From positions 3,107 to 67,106 of the forward strand of contig JAEWBI010000004.1 of assembly GCA_023391185.1 (NCBI GenBank): 64,000 nucleotides of DNA. Reading direction: 5' to 3'. A program made the position numbers and the translations under genes. Of this stretch, positions 9,084-17,466 are shown piece by piece (positions within the stretch are counted from its first letter, which is position 1; each line of letters begins with the position of its first letter). Origin of the DNA: Bacillota bacterium (GTDB taxonomy: Bacteria > Bacillota_I > Bacilli_A > RF39 > UBA660). The notes beneath the pieces were generated by a model. The model did not search any database. It was not told the DNA's origin and worked only from the letters and a program-made list of their open reading frames with translations.

Positions 9084-9677
9084 ATGTTTATTAATTTAAA
9101 AGAAGGAAAGTTAACACTTTATGATGTGGTTGTAAGTAAAAAAATGCAACCAGTGCTAGAAAAAATATCTTATGAAGGTATAAAAGAACATCACTCATTT
9201 ACTGCAACACATTGGTGTAATGAAGGAAGAAGAACAGATAACTCAGTAGTGAGAAATATGTACTGGCAAAAAACTGGAAGAGTAATTGAATATAATGATT
9301 TCTTTTCACAAGATGAAGATGAGTATTTAATAAATTATGATTTATATAAACTTCCTAATTTATATTTAATAATTGAAAGCTTATTAAAAGAAAAATATGA
9401 GATGCTCGGTGAACTGTCAAAATATCAAAGAGGTGAGAATTCAAACGCAATGGAAATGGATATATTTATAAAGCATAAAAATGAAATATATAATTATATA
9501 TACTTAAGAAAAATTATTGAATTAGACCCAAGTTTAGGATTGGAACTAATAGATGTTTTAAAATCAAATAGTAAAGGAAAACTAAAAGAAAATTTAAAGA
9601 ATATAAAGCAGTATTTAAATATTTATAGTATAGACTTAGAAGGAATAAAAGTTAAGGTGAAAGCAGATGGAAAATAA
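9084..9677 (+). CDS. Hypothetical protein (197 aa), first gene of the operon downstream of the NrtR-like gene
   Basis: RBS AAAGGGTGGA upstream. 11-nt overlap with the next ORF. No recognisable motif. Confidence 0.6.
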   Translation: MFINLKEGKLTLYDVVVSKKMQPVLEKISYEGIKEHHSFTATHWCNEGRRTDNSVVRNMYWQKTGRVIEYNDFFSQDEDEYLINYDLYKLPNLYLIIESLLKEKYEMLGELSKYQRGENSNAMEMDIFIKHKNEIYNYIYLRKIIELDPSLGLELIDVLKSNSKGKLKENLKNIKQYLNIYSIDLEGIKVKVKADGK

Positions 9678-10113
9678 TTATATTAAAGATTTAAGAGAAG
9701 TTGAAAATAGTTTTAATAAAATAAAAGATAAAAGAAGTAAGATTCTAGAACGAATGCATGAACTAGAAAAAATAGATGTTATTATTGAGTATCAAAAATT
9801 ATGTTCAAGTAATGAAACACTTTATAGACAACAAAATAATTTAATAGAAAAATATACTAATTTAAAACAAAAAAACTGTAAACATCCTCTTTGGTACTTT
9901 ATTAAAGAAGAAACTGATTCTTATGAAGGAAGAACATATTATACATGTAGATGTTTAGAGTGTAATTTAGTTGAAGAGCGCAGAAGTAGAGATTTTGATA
10001 ATGTTATTAGAGGTGATTATAGTAAGATTAAAGATGATTATGATAATAGAAAGTCTGTTCCATCTGTTAAGGCTATTCAAATGATAAAAAAATATAGTGG
10101 GAGAAAGAAATGA
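9667..10113 (+). CDS. Hypothetical coiled-coil protein with a C-terminal Cys cluster (CKH...CRCLEC)
   Basis: Overlaps both neighbours, with an ATGA overlap at its 3' end. N-terminal heptad-like K/E-rich region followed by a candidate Zn-binding cluster. Confidence 0.6.
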   Translation: MENNYIKDLREVENSFNKIKDKRSKILERMHELEKIDVIIEYQKLCSSNETLYRQQNNLIEKYTNLKQKNCKHPLWYFIKEETDSYEGRTYYTCRCLECNLVEERRSRDFDNVIRGDYSKIKDDYDNRKSVPSVKAIQMIKKYSGRKK

Positions 10114-10667
10114 TTTATTTATTAAGACATGGTCTAGATGATGAAAGTTTTATAGGAGGACATTCTGATGTTGAACTAACTCTAACAGGTATTTCACAGG
10201 TTGTGGAAGCTACAAGTTTCTTAAAAAATCACTGTTATAAAATAGAAAAAATTATATCAAGTGATATAAAAAGAGCAAGGCAGACAACAAAAATTGTTAG
10301 TGAAGGTTTGAATCTGCCTACAGAATATACTAATATCTTAAGGGAACTTGATAAGGGCAAATTAAATGGCATGCCAGTAACCCAAGCTAAAATATCATAC
10401 CCTGAATTCATAAATGTAGAAGATATTAATACCAAATATCCAAATGGTGAATCTATGCAGGAATTCTATGAACGAATAAAAAGAGATGTTGATAAAATAC
10501 TTTCTTTTGATAATTCATTAATAGTCACCCATCGTGGTGTAATTAACATGTTATATTTCATTTTAAATAATTTAGAACTAAATATGGACAAGAAACAGTT
10601 TGGGGTTGAACATGCTTCACTTCATGAAATAGATCCGAAAAATAAAGTTATAAAAAAAATAAGATAG
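10110..10667 (+). CDS. Histidine phosphatase family protein (phosphoglycerate-mutase-like, branch 1)
   Basis: LLRHG catalytic motif at residues 4-8, SSDIKRARQTT, and VTHRGVI second His motif. Confidence 0.85.
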   Translation: MIYLLRHGLDDESFIGGHSDVELTLTGISQVVEATSFLKNHCYKIEKIISSDIKRARQTTKIVSEGLNLPTEYTNILRELDKGKLNGMPVTQAKISYPEFINVEDINTKYPNGESMQEFYERIKRDVDKILSFDNSLIVTHRGVINMLYFILNNLELNMDKKQFGVEHASLHEIDPKNKVIKKIR

Positions 10668-10676
10668 GAGATTAAT

Positions 10677-11813
10677 ATGGGAAAGATAGTAGGGAAAATA
10701 GTTTTAACTGGTGGGCCTTGTGCAGGGAAGACAAGTGCTCTTACAAAAATTGAAGAAGAACTAACAGAAAAAGGGTATAAAGTATTTATTGTGAGTGAAA
10801 GTGCTACTGAATTAATAAAAGGTGGAATTAAACCATTTGGTAGTATGCCAATTGAATTAGTTAAATTCCAAAGTTTGATATTAAAATATCAATATGAAAA
10901 AGAAAAAATATATGAAGAAGCTGCTAAAAGCTTAAGTGATGATGAAAAATGTATTATAATTTATGATAGAGGCTTACTTGATAATAAAGCTTATATTAAT
11001 CAACAAATTTTTAATGAGTTACTTAAAGAACAGGGCCTAAAAGAATTAGAAATAATGGATAATTATAATATGGTAATTCATTTAGTAACTGCGGCGGATG
11101 GTGCAGAGGAAGCTTATACACTAGGAAATAATGTTGCTAGAACAGAAACTATTGATGAAGCAAAAGAACTAGATAATAGAACTGTAAATGCTTGGGCTGG
11201 ACATCCAAATTTAAGAATTATAGCTAATGAAAAAGATTTTGCTTCTAAACTTCAAAATGTTGTAGATGAAATAAACAACTTAATTGGCGAGCCTGTTTCT
11301 ATTAGAAAACAAAGAAAATTCTTAATTGATTTAGAAAACTCTGATTTATCATTTTTAACAGAAGATAATTCAACTGCTATTCATATTGAACAAACATATA
11401 TAAACGATAACCCTGACGTTGAAACAAGACTAAGAAAAAGAACTTACAATGGGCAAAGCTGTTTCTATTTAACAGTTCAAGTAAAAGAAAAAGATGGTAA
11501 ATCAACAGTTTTGACAAACAGAAAAATTACTGAGAAAGAATATACTAAACAGTTATCAACTGCTGTTTCTACTACTTCGGTATCGAAAAATAGATATTCA
11601 TTTTCAAAAAACAAACAGTATTTTAGATTAGATGTTTTTGATGAACTGAAAAACTATGCTTTACTCGAGATAGATCCTACTTATGAGAATTCAAGTATTA
11701 AACTACCTAAAGAAATAAGAGTTATAGAAGATGTTACTAATAGTCCCTATTACGACAATCATGTGATATCAGAAATGGTTACTTGTGAAAAGAATAAAGT
11801 TTTAATTAAATAA
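10677..11813 (+). CDS. NadR/AAA_28-like P-loop kinase domain fused to a CYTH (triphosphate tunnel) domain
   Basis: Walker A LTGGPCAGKTS, IIYDRG, RTETIDEAKELDNRTVNAWAGHPNLRII (AAA_28-like). C-terminal RKFLI...IEQTYI...ETRLRKR...RYSF...FRLDVF...LLEID CYTH pattern. Confidence 0.75.
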   Translation: MGKIVGKIVLTGGPCAGKTSALTKIEEELTEKGYKVFIVSESATELIKGGIKPFGSMPIELVKFQSLILKYQYEKEKIYEEAAKSLSDDEKCIIIYDRGLLDNKAYINQQIFNELLKEQGLKELEIMDNYNMVIHLVTAADGAEEAYTLGNNVARTETIDEAKELDNRTVNAWAGHPNLRIIANEKDFASKLQNVVDEINNLIGEPVSIRKQRKFLIDLENSDLSFLTEDNSTAIHIEQTYINDNPDVETRLRKRTYNGQSCFYLTVQVKEKDGKSTVLTNRKITEKEYTKQLSTAVSTTSVSKNRYSFSKNKQYFRLDVFDELKNYALLEIDPTYENSSIKLPKEIRVIEDVTNSPYYDNHVISEMVTCEKNKVLIK

Positions 11814-11836
11814 AATCGATAAAAAGCCAAAAAAAT

Positions 11837-11865
11837 GTTGTTATTCATATTTATTATGATATAAT
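11837..11865 (+). promoter_or_regulatory. rpsB promoter
   Basis: TTGTTA, 17 nt, then extended -10 TGaTATAAT. Leaves a 5' UTR of about 100 nt. Confidence 0.55.
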
Positions 11866-11970
11866 ATTAATGGCTTTTTTAATACACACGACAATGATTT
11901 TTATGCCTAGTGCCTTATGGTGGTGTAAAAAGTTGATTTGTTCGGAGGAAAAACAAAAGGAGGAAAAAAA

Positions 11971-13080
11971 ATGACAGTTGTTTCAATGAATTATTTATTA
12001 GAAGCTGGCGTTCACTTTGGTCATCAGACAAAAAGATGGAACCCAAAAATGAAAGAGTATATCTTTACTTCAAGAGATGATATTTATATTATCGATTTAC
12101 AAAAAACTGCTAAAAAGATTGAAGAGGCTTATGCAGCTTTAAATGCTATAGCAGCTAATGGTGGTAAAGTATTATTCGTAGGAACAAAAAAACAAGCTGT
12201 AGAAGCTGCTAAAGAAGAAGCTACTCGTTCAAATTCATTCTATGTTACAGAAAGATGGTTAGGTGGAACTTTAACAAACTTCAAAACAATTAGAAGTAGA
12301 GTTAAAAGATTAGAAGAAATCGAAAAAATGGAAAAAGATGGTACTTTTGAAGTACTACCTAAAAAAGAAGTTATCGGTCTAAGAAAAGAGTATGAAAAAC
12401 TTGATACTTTATTATCAGGAATAAGAGGAATGTATAAATTACCTAGCGCTATGATTATAGTTGATCCTTCAAAAGAAGATATCGCTATTAAAGAAGCTAG
12501 AAAATTAAATATTCCAGTATTTGGTATCGTAGATACAAACTGTGATCCTGATATGGTTGATTATGTAATCCCAGGTAATGATGATGCAATTAGAGCAGTT
12601 AAATTAATTTTAGGTGTTTTAGCTAATGCTATCGTTGAAGCTAACGGTGGACAATTAGTAAATTATGTATCTGCTGATGAAAAACAACCAACTGATATTA
12701 TGCAAAAAGCATTAGAAACAGTTAAGAAAAAAGAAGATAGAAAAAGACCATTCAATAACGACAGAAGAGATAACAATAGACCATTTAATAGATATGGAAG
12801 ATCTAACGATAACAGAAATAGTGATAACAGAAGTTATGACAATAGAAGTAACGATAATAGAAGAGAATTTAGAAGAGAAGATAGACCAGTAGAAGCTACA
12901 AGACAAGAAACTGTAAAACCTGTTATAGAAGAAAAAGTTGCTGTTAAAGAAGAAAAAGCCGTAGTTAAAGAAGATTTATCTACAAAAACAGTTGCAGAAC
13001 TTCGTGATTTAGCAAAAGCTAAAGATGTAAAAGGTTATTCAACAATGAAAAAAGCAGAATTAATTGATGCTTTAAAATAA
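11971..13080 (+). CDS. rpsB: 30S ribosomal protein S2 with a ~120-aa C-terminal extension
   Basis: [19 protein letters not shown]...[11 protein letters not shown]...VDTNCDPD core. ATG 11971 follows AAAGGAGG. The tail is N/R/D-rich and ends in [30 protein letters not shown]. Confidence 0.95.
   Translation: MTVVSMNYLLEAGVHFGHQTKRWNPKMKEYIFTSRDDIYIIDLQKTAKKIEEAYAALNAIAANGGKVLFVGTKKQAVEAAKEEATRSNSFYVTERWLGGTLTNFKTIRSRVKRLEEIEKMEKDGTFEVLPKKEVIGLRKEYEKLDTLLSGIRGMYKLPSAMIIVDPSKEDIAIKEARKLNIPVFGIVDTNCDPDMVDYVIPGNDDAIRAVKLILGVLANAIVEANGGQLVNYVSADEKQPTDIMQKALETVKKKEDRKRPFNNDRRDNNRPFNRYGRSNDNRNSDNRSYDNRSNDNRREFRREDRPVEATRQETVKPVIEEKVAVKEEKAVVKEDLSTKTVAELRDLAKAKDVKGYSTMKKAELIDALK
12745..12890 (+). repeat. 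Degenerate short coding repeats (GAT AAC AGA-like, Asp-Asn-Arg) within the rpsB tail
   Basis: Encodes [43 protein letters not shown]. Confidence 0.7.
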
Positions 13081-13134
13081 ATTATATATAGATGATTGAA
13101 AAATCATCTTTAATTTTAAAAGGAGAAAAAATTT

Positions 13135-14010
13135 ATGATAAGTGCTAGTTTAGTAAAAGAATTAAGAGAATCTACAGGTGCTGGAATGCTTGATTGCAAA
13201 AAAGCACTAGAAGCTACTAATGGAGACATGGATGCTGCTGTAGATTGGCTAAGAGAAAAAGGAATTTCAAAAGCTGCTAAAAAGGCTGATCGTATTGCTG
13301 CTGAAGGTTTAGCTGAAATAATGATTTCTGGAAATATTGCTGCTATAGTAGAAGTAAATTCAGAAACAGATTTTGTTGCTAAGAATGAAGAATTTACTTC
13401 AATGGTTGATGCAATTCTTACTACAATTATTGCAAATACTCCTGAAACAGTAGAAGATGTACTTGCTTTAACTTATGAGAATGGAACAATTAATGATTTA
13501 ATCGTTAATAAAACAGCAAAAATTGGTGAAAAATTATCTTTAAGAAGATTCGAGAGAATTGAAAAAAACGATAACCAAGTTTTTGGTTCATACATTCATA
13601 TGGGTGGAAGAATTGCTGTTTTAACAGTAATCGAAAATGCTAGTGAAGAAGTTGCTAAAGATGTTTCTATGCATTCAGCAGCAATGAGACCAGCATATGT
13701 AAAATCTTCTGATGTTCCAACTGATGTTCTTGACAAAGAAAAAGAAATAATAAAAGAACAATTATTAAATGAAGGTAAACCTGCTGATAGAATCGAAGGT
13801 ATCCTAGTTGGTAAAGTTAAAAAATATTATGAAGATGTTTGCCTTGAAAATCAAATCTTTATTAAAGCAGAAAATAAGGAAACAGTTGCTGAGTTCGTAG
13901 CAAATAATGGTGGAACAATTTCTACTATGGTTCGTTATGAAGTTGGTGAAGGCATGGAAAAAAGAGAAGAAAATTTTGCAGAAGAAGTTGCAAAACAAAT
14001 TAACGGATAA
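13135..14010 (+). CDS. tsf: Elongation factor Ts
   Basis: ASLVKELRESTGAGMLDCKKAL UBA-like N-terminus, VEVNSETDFVAKNEEF. Directly downstream of rpsB. Confidence 0.95.
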   Translation: MISASLVKELRESTGAGMLDCKKALEATNGDMDAAVDWLREKGISKAAKKADRIAAEGLAEIMISGNIAAIVEVNSETDFVAKNEEFTSMVDAILTTIIANTPETVEDVLALTYENGTINDLIVNKTAKIGEKLSLRRFERIEKNDNQVFGSYIHMGGRIAVLTVIENASEEVAKDVSMHSAAMRPAYVKSSDVPTDVLDKEKEIIKEQLLNEGKPADRIEGILVGKVKKYYEDVCLENQIFIKAENKETVAEFVANNGGTISTMVRYEVGEGMEKREENFAEEVAKQING

Positions 14011-14034
14011 GAGATTAGTAATAATCTCTTTTTT
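14011..14034 (+). terminator. Rho-independent terminator after tsf
   Basis: GAGATTA-gtaa-TAATCTC followed by TTTTTT. Confidence 0.75.
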
Positions 14035-14082
14035 GGTGTCAAAGATTGCATCTAATTACATATACTAAAATAGGTGATATGC

Positions 14083-14445
14083 ATGGAAAAAGTCGCGTTA
14101 TTTAAAGAGTTCGTTAAGAAAAATCCAATGTTATTAAAATATATTAAAAATAATGAAATGACATGGCAAAAATTTTACGAGATATATGATATGTACGGTG
14201 AAGATGAAAGTGCTTGGAAAGATTATTTATCAGTAAAAGAAACTGCAGTTGCAGCTACTTCTGGTTTTGCGCTTGGTGATTTATTATCTTGGCTAAAAAA
14301 TATTAACTTAGATAGTGTTCAAGAAGGTGTGCAAAGTTTACAACGAGTAGTTGGTGTTATGGGCGATGTTTCTAATAAAAAGAATAATAATAATATGGAT
14401 CCAGAATATAAGCCAAGACCTTTATACAAACATTTTGATGACTAA
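14083..14445 (+). CDS. YlbD-like protein
   Basis: FKEFVKKNPMLLKYIKNNEMTWQKFYE and a C-terminal ...LYKHFDD resemble B. subtilis YlbD. ATG follows AGGTGAT. Confidence 0.7.
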   Translation: MEKVALFKEFVKKNPMLLKYIKNNEMTWQKFYEIYDMYGEDESAWKDYLSVKETAVAATSGFALGDLLSWLKNINLDSVQEGVQSLQRVVGVMGDVSNKKNNNNMDPEYKPRPLYKHFDD

Positions 14446-14666
14446 TGCAATTAGATACACAGTTTAAACTAAAACAAAATCCATATTATGTTAATTATTT
14501 AAGAAGTAATTCATATTGGTATAAAATTCTTACAAGAGAGCCTACAAAAATAAATGACTTTATAGGGGAATTTAAAAAATATAATCGCCAAGTAAAGACA
14601 AATAAAATAACTGAAACTTTAGAGTATATAGAGATGTTAGGAACTATAATGTCAAGTTTAAAATAA
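14445..14666 (+). CDS. YlbE-like protein
   Basis: 73 aa, YLRSNSYWYKILTREP motif. Position between ylbD and rsmD, as in Bacillus. Confidence 0.65.
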   Translation: MQLDTQFKLKQNPYYVNYLRSNSYWYKILTREPTKINDFIGEFKKYNRQVKTNKITETLEYIEMLGTIMSSLK

Positions 14667-14694
14667 TATGATATAATATTTCCTAGGTGATAAT

Positions 14695-15234
14695 ATGCGC
14701 ATAATAAGTGGTAAATATAAAGGAAGAAAAGTTGAAGGATATACCATAGATGGAACAAGACCTACTATGGATAGAGTAAAAGAGTCCGTCTTAGGTATGA
14801 TTCAGACTAAATTAGATAATAGTATATGTTTAGATTTATTTACTGGTAGTGGATCAGTTGGTATAGAGTTTCTTAGTAATGGTGCTAAGAAGTGTTATTT
14901 TGTTGATAATAATCATAAAGTTATAGAAACACTAAATAGAAATATGAAAACTCTAAAAGTTGATAACGAATATGAAATTATTAAAAATAGCTTCGAAAAT
15001 GCACTAAAAGATTTTAAAAATAGAAACATTAAATTTGATATTGTTTTTCTTGATCCTCCATATAAATTAAATTATATAAATCCAGCAATTTGTTTAATTA
15101 AAGAATATGATTTACTAAATAATAATGGGATTATTATATGTGAGTATGAAAATGAAGAAATAAATATCGATGAATATGAATTATTTAAAGAAAGAAAATA
15201 CGGTAGCAAAAGAATTAATATATATATAAAATAA
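14695..15234 (+). CDS. rsmD: 16S rRNA (guanine966-N2)-methyltransferase RsmD
   Basis: RIISGKYKGRK..., RPTMDRVKESV, DLFTGSGSVGIE SAM motif, and FLDPPY. Confidence 0.9.
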   Translation: MRIISGKYKGRKVEGYTIDGTRPTMDRVKESVLGMIQTKLDNSICLDLFTGSGSVGIEFLSNGAKKCYFVDNNHKVIETLNRNMKTLKVDNEYEIIKNSFENALKDFKNRNIKFDIVFLDPPYKLNYINPAICLIKEYDLLNNNGIIICEYENEEINIDEYELFKERKYGSKRINIYIK

Positions 15235-15258
15235 TATCTTCTTGAAGATATTTTTTTT
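15234..15258 (+). terminator. Rho-independent terminator after rsmD
   Basis: ATATCTTC-tt-GAAGATAT followed by T8. Confidence 0.6.
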
Positions 15259-15301
15259 GTTAATCTAATACTATTTATGATATACTAAATTAGGTGATAT
15301 T

Positions 15302-16423
15302 ATGAAAGAAAGATATAGTGCATACTTACCAATTTGGTTTGTATTAATGCTACCACCACTATCAATATTATTACTTGGTTGGAATTTTATATTATGTGGT
15401 TTAGGTTTAATGATAGGTTTATTAATAATGGGATTACCTAATGGGTTTACTAAATATTCAAAAAATATTTTTAAGTTATGGGGGATAAGTATACTACTTG
15501 ATGTTGTTGCTTTTATATTCTTATTAGTTCCTCAAATTTTAAGCAAAATAGATTTTTTTAATACTAACTTAGTGAAACCGATAGAGTATAATCCTTACTC
15601 TAAGGTTTTTTCAGCTATTTATATGATTATTTTATTTTTATTTATTGTATTCTTAGCGTATATTCTTATAAATAAGTTTGTAATTAAAGGAATATCTGGT
15701 GATAAAATAAAGACAAGTATTATGAGATTTATAATAATTATATGTGTTTTACCATATTTATTATTTGTTCCAAGTACTTTTGTACTTAATGCTGAGAAAA
15801 ATAATTTAGAAGATTTTAAGGGAACGATTCTTGGTAATAAATCAGAAGTGGTTACTATTATGAAATACTTATCTGTATCAGATTATATTAGTTCTTATGT
15901 GCTTGACACTCATAAAGAACCATATTCAATAAATTTATATTTAGATCCGATTGATGTAAATTATATTGCTAAATTTGAAATGGATGCAGCAACAATATTT
16001 AATCTAATAGATGATGTTAATATAGTTAATTATACAATGAACGGAATTAAGTATACTTACAATATTAATAAGGTTAATAAGGTTTTTAAAGATGTAAAGA
16101 ATACTAAGATAAGTGAAATATTAAATAGGTATACAAATAGTAAATTTACTGATTTTATTTATTTAGATCATATAGGTAAATATGATATCTTTGATACATC
16201 AGAATTATGTGAAGAGATAGTTCAAGATTTATTTACTTATGAAGGAAACAAGTATTATTTAGTATGTAGTAGTTTAGATAATATTAAGTTATTTAATGAT
16301 GGTGAAGAGGTTATGAACTTAAGAGAAGCAATAAAAGAGAAAGTTATATCTGAAAAAGAATTAGTCGAAAGCCTTATTCCAATAGAGACAGATCAGGAAA
16401 TAAATGAAGATACTAGTAACTGA
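15302..16423 (+). CDS. Membrane protein with a C-terminal extracytoplasmic domain, unknown function
   Basis: About 5 N-terminal TM helices and a ~200-aa soluble C-terminus. AGGTGAT RBS. Confidence 0.6.
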   Translation: MKERYSAYLPIWFVLMLPPLSILLLGWNFILCGLGLMIGLLIMGLPNGFTKYSKNIFKLWGISILLDVVAFIFLLVPQILSKIDFFNTNLVKPIEYNPYSKVFSAIYMIILFLFIVFLAYILINKFVIKGISGDKIKTSIMRFIIIICVLPYLLFVPSTFVLNAEKNNLEDFKGTILGNKSEVVTIMKYLSVSDYISSYVLDTHKEPYSINLYLDPIDVNYIAKFEMDAATIFNLIDDVNIVNYTMNGIKYTYNINKVNKVFKDVKNTKISEILNRYTNSKFTDFIYLDHIGKYDIFDTSELCEEIVQDLFTYEGNKYYLVCSSLDNIKLFNDGEEVMNLREAIKEKVISEKELVESLIPIETDQEINEDTSN

Positions 16424-17084
16424 TTTTGATAAAACTTTCTTCACCGATAGTTATGAAAAAAATATTGATTTAGTAAATCAATTTGTTGAAAATGGGAACA
16501 TGTTTATTATTGCAACAGGAAGACCGATATACTTATTAGAGGCAGATATTAATAAGTATCATATAGATTATAATTACTTAATTTGTAATGATGGTGCTGT
16601 TATATTTGATAAAGAGAAAAGAAAAATATATGAAGATAATATGGATAAAGAGATTGCTATAAATATTTTTAATGAATTACAAGGAGATTTAAATTTGGAA
16701 AAAGTATTTATTGATAATACAGCTTCCTTTTCTACCGATACTAACGATATTTTTAATGGTATTGTAGCACTTCCTATTGATAGACAAAAAGCTTTAAATT
16801 CAATTGAATATCTTTGCAATAAATATCCTAATATTCAAGGATATTTAAGTCATAAGTGGGTAAATATCTTAACTAAGAATGCTTCAAAAGGCAATGCTAT
16901 AAAATGGCTTGCTAGTAAATATAGTTGGAATGTTAGTGAGATAATTACTGTTGGGGATAATAAAAATGATCTTTCTATGAGTGACGACTTTAATAGTTAT
17001 GCTATAATGGGTAATATTGAACTTATGAATCATACAAAACATATAGTAAAAGATTTTGCAGAAATGATGGAAGAAATAAAATGA
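16404..17084 (+). CDS. HAD-IIB (Cof-type) phosphatase
   Basis: ILVTDFDKTFF DxD nucleophile motif, ATGRP, and GDNKNDLSM. Confidence 0.8.
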   Translation: MKILVTDFDKTFFTDSYEKNIDLVNQFVENGNMFIIATGRPIYLLEADINKYHIDYNYLICNDGAVIFDKEKRKIYEDNMDKEIAINIFNELQGDLNLEKVFIDNTASFSTDTNDIFNGIVALPIDRQKALNSIEYLCNKYPNIQGYLSHKWVNILTKNASKGNAIKWLASKYSWNVSEIITVGDNKNDLSMSDDFNSYAIMGNIELMNHTKHIVKDFAEMMEEIK

Positions 17085-17458
17085 AGGTATTAAGTATAAG
17101 ACAACCATGGGCTACTCTTATCATAAAAGGATTTAAAAAATATGAATTTAGAACTTGGAAGACAAAATATCGCGGAGAATTATATATTCATGCAAGTAAA
17201 GGTATAGAAAAGGATGCTCTTAAGCACTTTGAAAGTTTAAATTTAGATTATCCAGTAGGATGTATAATTGGAAAAGTAAATTTAAATGATTGTGTCCTAG
17301 TAAATGAAGAATTTGAAAACAATTTAATAAGTGAAAATAGTCTTGTTTACGGATTAAGTAAGGGTAGAGGTGGTTACGGTTTTGAAGTAACAAACCCTGA
17401 AGAAATAGATAAAATTTATGTTAATGGAAAACTTGGTATCTGGGAATATAAAAAATAG
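17081..17458 (+). CDS. ASCH domain protein
   Basis: LSIRQPWATLIIKGFKKYEFRTW...LYIHAS pattern. ATGA overlap with the upstream gene. Confidence 0.7.
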   Translation: MKVLSIRQPWATLIIKGFKKYEFRTWKTKYRGELYIHASKGIEKDALKHFESLNLDYPVGCIIGKVNLNDCVLVNEEFENNLISENSLVYGLSKGRGGYGFEVTNPEEIDKIYVNGKLGIWEYKK

Positions 17459-17466
17459 ACTTTCGT

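Noticed and set aside
12712-12906. Minus-strand 64-aa ORF inside the rpsB tail.
   Set aside because: It is an antisense reading of the Asp-Asn-Arg repeat region. The Ser/Ile/Val-rich low-complexity product is an artefact of the repeat.
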